Source of the DNA: Roseivirga sp.
GTDB taxonomy: Bacteria; Bacteroidota; Bacteroidia; Cytophagales; Cyclobacteriaceae
Direction of reading: 5' to 3'
NCBI RefSeq assembly: GCF_034669765.1
Contig: NZ_JAXMOQ010000007.1
Coordinates: forward strand, 75,595-139,594
DNA length: 64,000 bases
The position numbers and the translations under genes are program-made. Positions 31,631 through 41,674 of this stretch are shown piece by piece. Numbering within the stretch: position 1 is the stretch's first letter; every line of letters starts with the position of its first letter. The notes under the pieces are model-generated. The model worked only from the letters and a program-made list of their open reading frames with translations. It was not told the origin of the DNA and did no database searches.

Positions 31631-33531
31631 AAAGCATCACTTTTATTATCGTACTGTATCTCAGTATAGCTTCAGTTTATGCGCAAGACTATGCTGTCAG
31701 CAAAATACCAGAGAACCTTAAGAAGGGGGCTAATGCGATTGTAAGAACTTGGGATAGTCAATTCACTATTGAAAATGAAGAATTGTCTGTTTACCAAGTT
31801 AAGAAGGCCATTACTATTCTTAAAGAAGAAGGGAAGTCTTGGGGGCAGTTTATAGAGTTTTATGATAAACTGGATAAAATTAAAAGCATCAAAATCACCC
31901 TTTTTGATGCAGAAGGGAAGTCGGTAAAAAAAGTAAAATCTTCCGAAATAGAAGATGTGAACATTACCAGTTCTGGGTCTCTCTACGATTCTAATCGATT
32001 GAAAGGGTACATTGCTTCTGATATTGAGTTACCATATACGATTGAAATTGAATTTGAGAAAATCGAAAAATCTTCTTTACATTACCCCGTTTGGGGCTTA
32101 AGATCAGCTCCAGGCTTGGCGGTTGAAAAGGGTACATTAGAGGTACGTACACCTCCTGCCTATGGCCTTCGATATAGAGAAGAGCATTATGATGGAGAGG
32201 CAGTAATTAATACCAATGATTCAGGTATTACATATCAATGGGAAGTTTCTAATCTTCCAGCGATAGAGCAGGAATACCTTGGCTCTTCTGTCTTCGATAT
32301 GAGCCCACATGTGCTTTTGGCTCCTTCCACTTTTAGTATGGAAGGGTTTAGTGGTTCAATGGATAGCTGGAAGTCTTTTGGAATGTGGATCAATAAATTG
32401 AATAATGGACGCGATCAATTACCTGTCGAGTTAGAGTCTAAGCTAAAATCGATGGTGGCTGGTGTTTCAGATGATAAAGAGAAAATAAAATTAATTTACG
32501 AATACCTCCAATCCAATACCCGATACGTGAGTATTCAGCTTGGAATAGGAGGTTACCAACCTTTTGAGGCTACCGATGTTGCCGAAACTGGTTATGGCGA
32601 TTGCAAGGCCCTAAGCTACTTTACCTATAGCATGTTAAAAAGTGTTGGAATCAAGTCTAACTATACTCTTGTTCGTGCGGGGGAAGATGAAGATGATATT
32701 ATTACAGACTTTCCAAGCAGCCAGTTCAATCATGTAATTCTTTCTGTGCCGATGGAAAAAGATACCGTATGGCTGGAATGTACAAGTCAGGATGCGCCCT
32801 TTAACTTTTTAGGAGGCTTTACCAGCGACAGACATGTATTAATGATTACTGAAGACGGTGGAAAATTAATCAAAACACCGAGCTACCCAATGGAAGTAAA
32901 TACCCAAACGCGCGTTGGTGAGGTAGCTTTTGACAAAGAGGGAAATGGGCAAGCATCTATAGAAACAATATATAAAGGAAGACGCTACGATGATTATGCG
33001 ATGGTAGTGAAAGCGGGGAAAGAAGACCAGCGGAAACATTTGTTAAATAGTATTGACATTCCCGCATTTGATTTAGGTGATTTCAGCTTTGAACGTGAAA
33101 AGTCAGAGAACCCTACCCTCAAGCAAACGCTTAGCATTGGTTTAAGAAAATATGCCTCTCAATCTGGGGAAAGATTATTTTTTGTACCCAACCTACTTAC
33201 CAGGCAAGAGTACGTTCCTCCAAAAATCGAAGATCGTGAATCGCCCATTGTGCTTAAGTATGCTTATGTAAATACTGATTCCATAAAATTCAAAATCCCA
33301 GAAAGCTATCGACTGGAATTTCAACCCGAACCGGTGACTCATAAGTCAGAATTTGGGGAATATAATGTGAGCTACCAGTTTGACGTGGAAACCAATGAAC
33401 TGACTTATATCAGGAGCATTCAAATGAAAAAGGGTACGTACTCAGCGGAGTTATACAATGATTACCGAGATTTTAGGAGAGAAATATCAAGAACTGATAG
33501 AAGTAAACTGGTTTTGATTGGTTCGACTTAG
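31627..33531 (+). CDS. DUF3857 + transglutaminase-like domain protein
   Basis: YLQSNTRYVSIQLGIGGYQP, GYGDCKALS, FNHVIL, WLECTS motifs. Confidence 0.88.
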   Translation: MKSITFIIVLYLSIASVYAQDYAVSKIPENLKKGANAIVRTWDSQFTIENEELSVYQVKKAITILKEEGKSWGQFIEFYDKLDKIKSIKITLFDAEGKSVKKVKSSEIEDVNITSSGSLYDSNRLKGYIASDIELPYTIEIEFEKIEKSSLHYPVWGLRSAPGLAVEKGTLEVRTPPAYGLRYREEHYDGEAVINTNDSGITYQWEVSNLPAIEQEYLGSSVFDMSPHVLLAPSTFSMEGFSGSMDSWKSFGMWINKLNNGRDQLPVELESKLKSMVAGVSDDKEKIKLIYEYLQSNTRYVSIQLGIGGYQPFEATDVAETGYGDCKALSYFTYSMLKSVGIKSNYTLVRAGEDEDDIITDFPSSQFNHVILSVPMEKDTVWLECTSQDAPFNFLGGFTSDRHVLMITEDGGKLIKTPSYPMEVNTQTRVGEVAFDKEGNGQASIETIYKGRRYDDYAMVVKAGKEDQRKHLLNSIDIPAFDLGDFSFEREKSENPTLKQTLSIGLRKYASQSGERLFFVPNLLTRQEYVPPKIEDRESPIVLKYAYVNTDSIKFKIPESYRLEFQPEPVTHKSEFGEYNVSYQFDVETNELTYIRSIQMKKGTYSAELYNDYRDFRREISRTDRSKLVLIGST

Positions 33532-33557
33532 AATGGATTATAAATATTGCCTTATTC

Positions 33558-33589
33558 AAAACCACCTCTACAAAGGGGTGGTTTTTTGT
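33558..33589. terminator. Bidirectional intrinsic terminator between the DUF3857 pair and vapC
   Basis: AAAACCACCTCT-ACAA-AGGGGTGGTTTT hairpin between convergent genes. Confidence 0.8.
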
Positions 33590-33593
33590 CTGG

Positions 33594-33998
33594 CTAAAGT
33601 CTCCAATTTTTGATATTCAGGCCTTTTATTGGAGCATAGTGTTTTTCATTATTTGTCACTAATGTAAGATCATTTTCCATAGCAATTCCAGCAATGAGGA
33701 GGTCGGATGTTCCAATAGTAATACCTGACTGCCTAAGTTCAGCATATTTACCTCCGGAAATTCTGGCAGACTCCTCTGATAAATGAATAACTGTATTGTT
33801 GCTTACAAACTCTTCAAAATCATTGAGTTGCTTTTGAGCGTTTTTGAATTTAAGACCTCCAATAATTTCAAAATAGGTAATGATTGATATGTTGATTTGA
33901 TCGTATTCTTTTAGGTATTTGGTGAATTCCCGAACAACGTTAGGTTCACCTCGAAAATAAAAGGATAGTATATCAGTATCGACTAAACACTCTGTCAT
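33594..33998 (-). CDS. vapC: VapC PIN-domain toxin
   Basis: LVDTDIL, E, DLLIAGIA, LVTNNEKHY motifs. Confidence 0.9.
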   Translation of the reverse strand: MTECLVDTDILSFYFRGEPNVVREFTKYLKEYDQINISIITYFEIIGGLKFKNAQKQLNDFEEFVSNNTVIHLSEESARISGGKYAELRQSGITIGTSDLLIAGIAMENDLTLVTNNEKHYAPIKGLNIKNWRL

Positions 33999-34225
33999 AA
34001 AATTTGACGGTCGTTACTCCTCCTGGTATGAAGGTCTTCTGTAAGGTCAGAAAATAGGTCTTCACTCAAATCACTCCAAGAGCCAGCTAGCTTTAGGGTT
34101 TCTTCTTTTGATTTGAATTTACTTTCAATTTTATTCAACTCTTTACTTAACTCGGTAAGTTTATCCGTGGAAAGCATCTGAATTTTTCTAATCAGACTGT
34201 TTCTTAATTTGTTTCTGACGTTCAT
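33995..34225 (-). CDS. Putative antitoxin (VapB position)
   Basis: 76 aa, 4-nt overlap with vapC; LAGSWSD motif and acidic C-terminus. Confidence 0.65.
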   Translation of the reverse strand: MNVRNKLRNSLIRKIQMLSTDKLTELSKELNKIESKFKSKEETLKLAGSWSDLSEDLFSDLTEDLHTRRSNDRQIL

Positions 34226-34375
34226 AAGTTAAAAATAAGAAGAATTCGACAGTTTATGTAATTCTATGATTTATTCATTTCAAGCCTACAATCTGTTTGA
34301 AGGTCATTTTGAAAGTAAAAGGGTCGAATTCGACTCCTTAAAACCCTATTAATTTGACCTAATGTCAAACAGATA

Positions 34376-35611
34376 CTATAGAACCTTATCCAATACCCCA
34401 ATCAACCTATCCACTTCTTCCAGTGTATTGTAATGCACAAAGCTTACGCGTACTGGGCCGCCCTTGGCTTCTAGGTTGAGGGATTGCACCAATTTTTTGG
34501 CATAAAAATCACCGAAACGAATACCAATGCGGTGCGGGTCTACTTGCTTTACAATGGCTTCGCTTTTTAAAGTATCATGATGAAAAGCAATGGTGGATAC
34601 TCTTCTTTTCTGATCCCCATTTTGCACGCCAAGGGTGGTTACCGTGTCTTTAGTTTTTAGAAAATCCATAAAGCGATTGGCCAACGCTTCTTCATGGGCG
34701 GCAAATAAATCGAAGCTTTTCTGAAATTTTATCTGGTCATCCGCTTTGGTGTCATTTGAAAAATGATGATCGTGAACATCTCTCAAATATTCCGTCAGTC
34801 CAGCCATGCTATAGGTCAGTTCAAAGTTCTTATTGCCAGGTTGAAGTTTGTAAGGCACTTCTGTGATAAAGTAATGGTTAATGCCTGCCATGGCCTCCAG
34901 AATTTCCAGTTTTCCATACATCAAAGCGCAATGCGGTCCATATACTTTATAGCAACTGAATACATAAAAATCGACATCCAAAGCTTGAACATCCACTAAG
35001 CGGTGAGGAGCCAGTGCAACGCCATCCACACAGAATAGCGCTCCAGCTTCATGCACCACTTTGGCCACTTCGGCTATTGGGTTGATGGTGCCTAAAATAT
35101 TGGAAGCATGCACCATAGTCACCAGTTTTGTTTTGGCTGAAAGCAGTTGCTTTAGATCTTCGATTTCAAACTCAAGGCTTTCTGGGTTTACCTCCCAAAT
35201 TTTCACCACAATGCCTTTTTCTTGTAGGTCCATCCATGGCGAGCAGTTGGACTCATGTTCGGAATTGGTAGTAATTACCTCGTCTCCGGCTTTCCATGCT
35301 TTTGAAAGCGTTAGGCTCAAAATTCTAAACATCATGGTGGAGGAGTGACCCATCACAATTTCTTTTGGGTCTTTGGCATTCACGAGTTTTGCCATTTCTT
35401 TAGTAGCAAAATCGACTTTCTCTCCTGCCAAACGCGAAATTTCATAGGAAGCTCCGTGCTGTACATCATAGTTGAGTAGGTATTCCGAAATTCTATCGAC
35501 CACAGGTTTTAGGGTTTGAGAACCACCGGCATTGTCCATAAAAACGAAACCGTTTTTTAAGGCAGGGAAGTAACTTCTAACAAAATCGAGATCGAGTTGA
35601 GGGCTGTTCAT
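34376..35611 (-). CDS. Class V PLP aminotransferase / cysteine desulfurase-like protein
   Basis: MDNAGGSQ, HESN, SNILGT, DGVALAPH, FSCYKVYGPH, RVSFVHYNT motifs. Confidence 0.88.
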   Translation of the reverse strand: MNSPQLDLDFVRSYFPALKNGFVFMDNAGGSQTLKPVVDRISEYLLNYDVQHGASYEISRLAGEKVDFATKEMAKLVNAKDPKEIVMGHSSTMMFRILSLTLSKAWKAGDEVITTNSEHESNCSPWMDLQEKGIVVKIWEVNPESLEFEIEDLKQLLSAKTKLVTMVHASNILGTINPIAEVAKVVHEAGALFCVDGVALAPHRLVDVQALDVDFYVFSCYKVYGPHCALMYGKLEILEAMAGINHYFITEVPYKLQPGNKNFELTYSMAGLTEYLRDVHDHHFSNDTKADDQIKFQKSFDLFAAHEEALANRFMDFLKTKDTVTTLGVQNGDQKRRVSTIAFHHDTLKSEAIVKQVDPHRIGIRFGDFYAKKLVQSLNLEAKGGPVRVSFVHYNTLEEVDRLIGVLDKVL

Positions 35612-35696
35612 AAGTTGGTAATTAGACGGATAATATAAGAAAGGGTAGCGATCTCTGCTACCCTTAGTTTTTAAATGGTGGACGAGTTAAACTCCT

Positions 35697-36122
35697 TTAC
35701 TTTTTTCCAATGAATTGATCTACCTCTAGAAACGGCTCTTTAATTAATGAAAGCCCGAATGCGGCAGCAGCTGCTGAAAATACTGAATAATCAAGCGGGG
35801 CTTTTATACCGAAAGAAAAGGCCATTGATAGACCGAAAATCAGTAGCAGAATACCACTCAATTGCGCGGTAAGCCTAGTTTTGAAGCCAAGGATAAGTAA
35901 TACTGCAAATAGGACTTCTAGAATTGTAGCGCTCCACCCCATAAAGGGTACTAAACTTTCGGGTGCCCACGGAACCATACTACTAGTGTAGGTCAAAAAA
36001 GTCTCCATATTTCCCCATACAGAAATTTCTGCAGGCCAAAACCCAAAACGGTCGGCTACTGCGGAAAGGAATGCTATACTTAAGGCAAGTCTCAATAACA
36101 CTTTTATCCAATGTGCTTTCAT
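35697..36122 (-). CDS. DoxX family membrane protein
   Basis: LRLAL...FLSAVADRFG.W, WGN...F, KAPLDYSVF; ATG 36122 preferred. Confidence 0.85.
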   Translation of the reverse strand: MKAHWIKVLLRLALSIAFLSAVADRFGFWPAEISVWGNMETFLTYTSSMVPWAPESLVPFMGWSATILEVLFAVLLILGFKTRLTAQLSGILLLIFGLSMAFSFGIKAPLDYSVFSAAAAAFGLSLIKEPFLEVDQFIGKK

Positions 36123-36210
36123 ACCAGCAAAGTAAAGACTCCTTGGCTTGAAAAAAACAAAAAGGGATGCTTTTGACACCCCTTTCTCTCAAACAAAAAT
36201 TCAAAACCTA

Positions 36211-36981
36211 TTAATGTAATTTCTTAGCAATCAAATCAATTTTAGGCTTAGCGTCTTCTCTACCTAATTCAAGAGCTTTTTGATAGTTTTCTAAAGCCTG
36301 TTTGTAAGTAGATTTCTTCTTGCTAGGCGCCAGTTTTGTTCTCTGTGCAGCAAGAGAGTAAGCCTCACCTCTGGTATAATAAGAGTCTGCCTCACTAATT
36401 TGGAAGGCCGATTTCATTGCTGAAATTTGCTGATCCAAAAGCTCTAATTCCATTGTTTTTGCTTCAATCATTTCATCTTGATTCAAAATGGTTTCTGATT
36501 GAATGTTGTTCAATGCTGCTAACTTCTGGTTATTGTTGGCTTCTGTATCTAAACGAGCTTCTAACAAGGCGATGTCATTCTTTTGCGATTCAAAATCTGC
36601 CTTCAATTTCTTTAAGCTATTCGCATAAGTGTTTTGCGCTGAAGTCGAGGTTTTCAGTGACTTTTCTAAGCTCGAAATCTGAAGAGAAGTTTGAGCTATG
36701 TAAGATTTCAACTCGGTTAAATGCGCGATAAAGTCTTCTTGAGAATCGCTGTTCTCTAAAGTTACTCTGAGCATTTTTCTGCCCAAATCAATTGAATCCA
36801 TTAATGTCATGGCCTTGAATAAAGTAGCAGAAGTTTTTTGGCTGCTTTTTATTTCTAAAGAAAGGCTGTCTATTTTGGCAACAAGGTTTGAGTTTTCACT
36901 CATCAATACTTCTTTCTCTTTTTCATTAGAGCAGCTGAACAATGTCAAGATGATTACTCCAATGATAATTTGCTGTTTCAT
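36211..36981 (-). CDS. Coiled-coil lipoprotein, hypothetical
   Basis: Lipobox LFSC; heptad-rich body; TPR-like C-terminal helices. Confidence 0.7.
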   Translation of the reverse strand: MKQQIIIGVIILTLFSCSNEKEKEVLMSENSNLVAKIDSLSLEIKSSQKTSATLFKAMTLMDSIDLGRKMLRVTLENSDSQEDFIAHLTELKSYIAQTSLQISSLEKSLKTSTSAQNTYANSLKKLKADFESQKNDIALLEARLDTEANNNQKLAALNNIQSETILNQDEMIEAKTMELELLDQQISAMKSAFQISEADSYYTRGEAYSLAAQRTKLAPSKKKSTYKQALENYQKALELGREDAKPKIDLIAKKLH

Positions 36982-37075
36982 GTTTTATTTTCTGTGGTTT
37001 TAGCCATTTGACGCAAACTTTAGAAAAGGTCACAGCAGAAGAACAGAAATATTTTTGGAGACAGATAAAGGGCAG

Positions 37076-39106
37076 TTAATGTGATTGTTTTTTTCTTAAT
37101 AACTCCTTCAATTCAGCTAGTTCATCACGCAGTCTGGCGGCTTCGATAAAGTCGAGGTCTTTGGCGGCTTTCTCCATCGACTTTTGGGTTTTGAGGATCA
37201 TTTTTTCCATCCCTTCTTTGCTCATATACGCCACAACAGGATCGGCAGCTATGGAAATACTTTCGTTTTCAGTATAGTAGTTCTTTTTCTGTTTTCTAGA
37301 ATCTGCCACCGAAGTTTGGTTCCTAATGTCTTCTTTCGATTTATGAATGGTAGTTGGCGTGATACCATGTTCCTCATTATAGGCCTGTTGAATGGCCCTT
37401 CTTCTTCGTGTTTCGTCAATGGCGCGCTGCATGGAAACCGTGGTTCGGTCGGCATACATAATCACCATACCGTTTTGGTTTCTTGCAGCACGGCCAATGG
37501 TTTGTACCAAAGAGCGTTCATTTCGAAGAAAACCTTCTTTGTCGGCATCTAAAATCGCGACCAATGAAACCTCTGGCAAATCGAGCCCTTCCCTTAATAA
37601 GTTTACGCCTACCAGTACATCGAAAACACCAAGTCTTAGATCACGCAGAATTTCAACCCTATCCAAGGTGGTTACTTCTGAGTGGATATAGCGGACTTTA
37701 ACATTGGCCCTTTCTAAATACTTAGAGAGCTCTTCGGCCATTCTCTTGGTTAAAGTGGTAATGAGTACGCGCTCATCTTTTTTCACACGAATGTCAATTT
37801 CTTCCAGAATATCATCGATCTGGTTGGGGCTAGGTCTTACTTCAATAATTGGGTCGAGTAAACCAGTAGGACGAATCACCTGTTCTACCACTTCGCCTTG
37901 AGTAAGGTTAAGTTCATAATCGGCCGGGGTAGCGCTTACGTAAACTGTTTGCTTGGCCAAACCTTCGAACTCGTCAAATTTTAACGGGCGGTTATCCATG
38001 GCTGATGGTAGCCTGAAACCGTATTCCACCAAGTTTTCTTTTCTTGATCTATCGCCACCCCACATGGCCCGCACTTGCGGTAGTGTTACGTGACTTTCGT
38101 CAACTACCATTAAAAAATCTTCTGGAAAATAATCGAGCAAACAGAAAGGTCTTTGCCCTCTTTCGCGTCTATCGAAATAGCGTGAATAGTTTTCCACGCC
38201 AGAGCAGTAGCCCAATTCGCGCATCATTTCTAGGTCGAATTCAGTCCGTTCCTTCAGTCTTTTGGCTTCTAAGAATTTGCCATCTTCTTCAAACTGGTGG
38301 AGGCGCTCCACTAAATCATCTTGAATTTCAAGAATGGCTTGGTTCAATACATCTTTTCCAGTTACAAAAAGGTTGGCAGGGAAAATGGTGATGATTTTTT
38401 CGTCCGAGATCTTCATTCCTGACATTGGGTCAATCATTTGTATGGCCTCAATTTCATCACCCCAGAAGTATATACGATAAGCGAAATCGCCATAAGCAAT
38501 GAAAATATCTACGGTGTCGCCCTTTACCCGAAAAGTACCCCGTTTGAATTCAGCCTCTGTCCGGCTATAAAGAATATCGACAAAGGCAAAAAGAAGTTTG
38601 TTGCGTGAAATAGCATCACCTACTTGTAGTGTAATCACATTTTTACCAAACTCTTCTGGGTTTCCAATACCGTAAATGCAGGAGACAGAAGCTATCACAA
38701 TCACATCCCTTCGGCCTGTAAGTAAGGCGGAAGTAGCACTCAATCTTAGCTTTTCAATTTCTTCATTAATAGAAAGGTCTTTTTCTATAAAAAGGTTGCT
38801 ACCCGGAATAAAGGCTTCAGGTTGATAGTAATCGTAGTATGAAATGAAATACTCAACCGCATTGTCTGGGAAGAACTGCTTGAATTCCCCATAGAGCTGG
38901 GCTGCCAAGGTTTTGTTATGGCTTAAGATCAAGGTGGGTTTTTGAACTTCTTGAATAAGGTTGGCTACTGTAAAGGTTTTACCAGAGCCTGTAACACCCA
39001 ATAGCACTTGGCTAGCTTCTCCTGCATTAACACCTTCGGTTAAGGCCTTGATGGCTGTAGGTTGGTCACCGGTAGGTACAAAGTCAGAAGCAAGCTTGAA
39101 ATCCAT
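37076..39106 (-). CDS. uvrB: Excinuclease ABC subunit B
   Basis: [37 protein letters not shown] motifs. Confidence 0.98.
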   Translation of the reverse strand: MDFKLASDFVPTGDQPTAIKALTEGVNAGEASQVLLGVTGSGKTFTVANLIQEVQKPTLILSHNKTLAAQLYGEFKQFFPDNAVEYFISYYDYYQPEAFIPGSNLFIEKDLSINEEIEKLRLSATSALLTGRRDVIVIASVSCIYGIGNPEEFGKNVITLQVGDAISRNKLLFAFVDILYSRTEAEFKRGTFRVKGDTVDIFIAYGDFAYRIYFWGDEIEAIQMIDPMSGMKISDEKIITIFPANLFVTGKDVLNQAILEIQDDLVERLHQFEEDGKFLEAKRLKERTEFDLEMMRELGYCSGVENYSRYFDRRERGQRPFCLLDYFPEDFLMVVDESHVTLPQVRAMWGGDRSRKENLVEYGFRLPSAMDNRPLKFDEFEGLAKQTVYVSATPADYELNLTQGEVVEQVIRPTGLLDPIIEVRPSPNQIDDILEEIDIRVKKDERVLITTLTKRMAEELSKYLERANVKVRYIHSEVTTLDRVEILRDLRLGVFDVLVGVNLLREGLDLPEVSLVAILDADKEGFLRNERSLVQTIGRAARNQNGMVIMYADRTTVSMQRAIDETRRRRAIQQAYNEEHGITPTTIHKSKEDIRNQTSVADSRKQKKNYYTENESISIAADPVVAYMSKEGMEKMILKTQKSMEKAAKDLDFIEAARLRDELAELKELLRKKQSH

Positions 39107-39110
39107 AAGG

Positions 39111-39118
39111 CAAAACTA
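39111..39118 (-). promoter_or_regulatory. Bacteroidota -7 promoter element (TAGTTTTG) for uvrB
   Basis: Matches TAnnTTTG, 4 nt upstream of the ATG. Confidence 0.45.
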
Positions 39119-39199
39119 AGGGAAAGTGTTAGCAACAAAAACCTCTTTCAGTTGTTTTTAGTTCAGCAATTTTTGAGTGAACTCGGCAGTGAGGAAAAC

Positions 39200-39967
39200 T
39201 TACTTATTCCAAATTTCCCATGAGGCTTCAGCTTGGCCATGTAACATTTCCAAACCGTTTTTTACCCAACATTTGGCTTCAATTCCTTTTTGCATAAAAG
39301 CGGTAATGAGTGGGTTATATACCAAATCATAGAGAAAATGATCGGTAGTTAGTTGATGGTAAGGTAAGTCTGGAAGACTATCTATTTGAGGAGCCATGCC
39401 TAATGGCGTGGTATTGATGATGAGTTTGTAGGTGTTGAGGTGTTGAGCTGTTAAAGTGTTGGAGTGCTGGGGTGTTGAGGTGCTGAAGTGTTGGTATGAA
39501 AGTTCATCTGTTTGTGGATTGCGGGAGATCAATTTGAATCGAATATCTAAGTCTGAAAGCGCAGTTTGGACTGCTTTTGAAGCCCCGCCTGTTCCTAAAA
39601 TCAAGGCGTTTGTGGGCATAGGATTGGCGCCAATAAACTTCACTAACGAAGTTTTAAAGCCCAGGTAATCGGTGTTAAAGCCCTTCAGTTTTCCTTTCTG
39701 GATTTTAATGGTGTTTACTGCGCCAATGGCAGCGGCTTTTTCATCCACATCATCAAGGAATTTCATTACCGATTCTTTGTAAGGAATGGTAACATTAATG
39801 CCTTCTAGGCCATTTGTGTTTTTTACTAAGGCAGGAAATTCCTCAATATCCTCAAGAGGGTAAAGCTCATATTCGGCTTCTATTCCTTCTTTTTCGAATT
39901 TATCAGAGAAGTGTTTTTTCGAAAACGAATGGCCGAGAGGGTAACCGATCAGTCCAAATTTTCGCAT
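39200..39967 (-). CDS. aroE: Shikimate dehydrogenase with a repeat-encoded internal segment
   Basis: GYPLGHSFS, NVTIPYK, GAVNT, NTD, GTGGA, NTTPLGM, DLVYNP, QAE motifs. Confidence 0.95.
   Translation of the reverse strand: MRKFGLIGYPLGHSFSKKHFSDKFEKEGIEAEYELYPLEDIEEFPALVKNTNGLEGINVTIPYKESVMKFLDDVDEKAAAIGAVNTIKIQKGKLKGFNTDYLGFKTSLVKFIGANPMPTNALILGTGGASKAVQTALSDLDIRFKLISRNPQTDELSYQHFSTSTPQHSNTLTAQHLNTYKLIINTTPLGMAPQIDSLPDLPYHQLTTDHFLYDLVYNPLITAFMQKGIEAKCWVKNGLEMLHGQAEASWEIWNK
39431..39494. repeat. Eight tandem degenerate 8-mers inside aroE
   Basis: GGTGTTGA GGTGTTGA GCTGTTAA AGTGTTGG AGTGCTGG GGTGTTGA GGTGCTGA AGTGTTGG. Confidence 0.9.
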
Positions 39968-40906
39968 TTACTTTTTAGGGTTTAGCGCAGCTGCAACTCT
40001 ATCCATTGCCAATACAATCAGGAAGCCACCAGCAGCAAATAAAATGGCTTCTAAAAAGAAAGGTTCGGCACCAGTCTTTGCGAAATATTGATTGGGTAAA
40101 ATATTAGCTTCAACCAAAGGTTTTAAGTCACCATGACGGTCTATATAGGTCTCAATGGCTTCTTTCCAAGGCCAAACTTTGTTCAATGAGCCAATCATAA
40201 ACCCTGATAAAATACCTACTGTAATGTTATGATATTTGTTGAAAAGCCAACCCACTAAACGGGCAAAACTGAGTAAGCCCACTATGCAACCCAAGCCAAA
40301 AATGGCAATGTCTACAATTCTAAATTCCTTTACCGCTGATAGTATGAACTCATACTTCCCAAAAATAAGAAGAATAAATGCCCCTGAAATACCGGGCAAA
40401 ATCATGGCGCAAATGGCCACTGCACCTGCTATAAATAGAAACCAATAGGCTTCTGGCGTTTCAGCAGGAGTGGCAGATGTAATGAAGTAAGCAGCAGCAA
40501 TGCCCAAGGCAATGGCCACAAAAACGCTAATATTCCAATGTTTGATTTCCCTTAGGATAATCAGGGCTGAAATAACAATAAGACCAAAAAAGAAAGACCA
40601 AACCTGTATTGGATACTCGGCCAACAAATGGGTAATTACTTTTGCTAGTGTGAGAACACTGGTGGCAATTCCCGCTAAAAGTGGCAATAAGAAGTTTCCA
40701 TTAACATGCTTCCAAAGCGCTTTAATCTGAAATTTCTTGAGGTACTGAAGTGCCTGAAGGTCAACGCTGCGAATAGCATTCAGTAGGGTTTCGTAAATGC
40801 CAGTAATAAAGGCAATCGTCCCGCCCGAAACTCCAGGAACCACATCAGCACTACCCATGGCAATACCCTTGAAGTAAAGGAGAATGAATTCCTTAAGGTT
40901 CTTCAT
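39968..40906 (-). CDS. DUF368 membrane protein (PopT/VCA0040-like undecaprenyl-phosphate translocase family)
   Basis: GSADVVPGVSGGTIAFITGIYE, AMILPGISG, GSLNKVWPW motifs. Confidence 0.9.
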   Translation of the reverse strand: MKNLKEFILLYFKGIAMGSADVVPGVSGGTIAFITGIYETLLNAIRSVDLQALQYLKKFQIKALWKHVNGNFLLPLLAGIATSVLTLAKVITHLLAEYPIQVWSFFFGLIVISALIILREIKHWNISVFVAIALGIAAAYFITSATPAETPEAYWFLFIAGAVAICAMILPGISGAFILLIFGKYEFILSAVKEFRIVDIAIFGLGCIVGLLSFARLVGWLFNKYHNITVGILSGFMIGSLNKVWPWKEAIETYIDRHGDLKPLVEANILPNQYFAKTGAEPFFLEAILFAAGGFLIVLAMDRVAAALNPKK

Positions 40907-40912
40907 TCTTAA

Positions 40913-41674
40913 TTATTTGTCCAAAAAGTGACTGAAAGTATCTCCTCTTAAACCTAAACGAATGGTTTCAAGTGGAATCAACTCTTCTGGTGAAATGTTT
41001 CCAAGATTTACATTGGCGCCAACCAGCTTAATGAAATACACTTGTTGCGCTTTTTGTGGAGCTTCCCAAATGATTTTTTCAAAAGGAATTTTGGTTAGAA
41101 TTTCTTGAACCAAACCTGAACGAACTTCTCCGCTTGACCTGAAAAGGCCAACATTACCACCTTCACGTGCCTCACCAATTACTTTCCATGCTCCAGCATC
41201 TAGCTCTTTCTGCATCAGTTCAATCCATTTGTACGGAGGGATAATTTTCTCCTCATCCTTGGAACCAACTTCTGAAAGCACAGTAACTTGTTTGGATAAT
41301 TCAGTGATATACTCACACTTCTTATCGTGATCCATATCCAATGAACCATCAGATACTTCAGCAAACGGAACTTGAAATTTGTCTAGTAATTTTCTGTAAT
41401 CGTCAAATTTATTTCTGACAGCAAAGGCTTCGAAAAGTGTCCCTCCAAAGTAAAAAGGGATTCCTGCAGCTCTAAATACATTAAGCTTATCTTCTAGGCC
41501 AGCCGTTACATACGAGGTAGCCCAGCCTAACTTAATTATGTCTACATGGTCAGCGCTAACGCTAAGGAAATCTTCCGCTTGTCTAACACTTAGGCCTTTG
41601 TCCATGACCATGGTGAAGCCTTTTTCTCTTGGTTTCTGTGTCCTTTCGGGCAGGTTATCTAAAAAGTAGTGCAT
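40913..41674 (-). CDS. comA: Phosphosulfolactate synthase
   Basis: KPREKGFTMVMDKG, KLGW.TS, GGTLFE, EVSDG, SEVGSK, EAREGG, WEAP, GLRGDT motifs. Confidence 0.92.
   Translation of the reverse strand: MHYFLDNLPERTQKPREKGFTMVMDKGLSVRQAEDFLSVSADHVDIIKLGWATSYVTAGLEDKLNVFRAAGIPFYFGGTLFEAFAVRNKFDDYRKLLDKFQVPFAEVSDGSLDMDHDKKCEYITELSKQVTVLSEVGSKDEEKIIPPYKWIELMQKELDAGAWKVIGEAREGGNVGLFRSSGEVRSGLVQEILTKIPFEKIIWEAPQKAQQVYFIKLVGANVNLGNISPEELIPLETIRLGLRGDTFSHFLDK

Larger units (their letters stand above)
29531..33589 (+). repeat. 36-bp direct repeat pair (29531-29566 and 33554-33589), 34/36 identical
   Basis: ATTCAAAACCACCTCT[GA/AC]AAAGGGGTGGTTTTTTGT read directly from the sequence. Confidence 0.9.

Noticed and set aside
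34316-34340. GTCGAATTCGAC palindrome resembling a tRNA T-arm fragment or att site
   Set aside because: No cloverleaf; better explained as the terminator hairpin of the upstream minus-strand aminotransferase.
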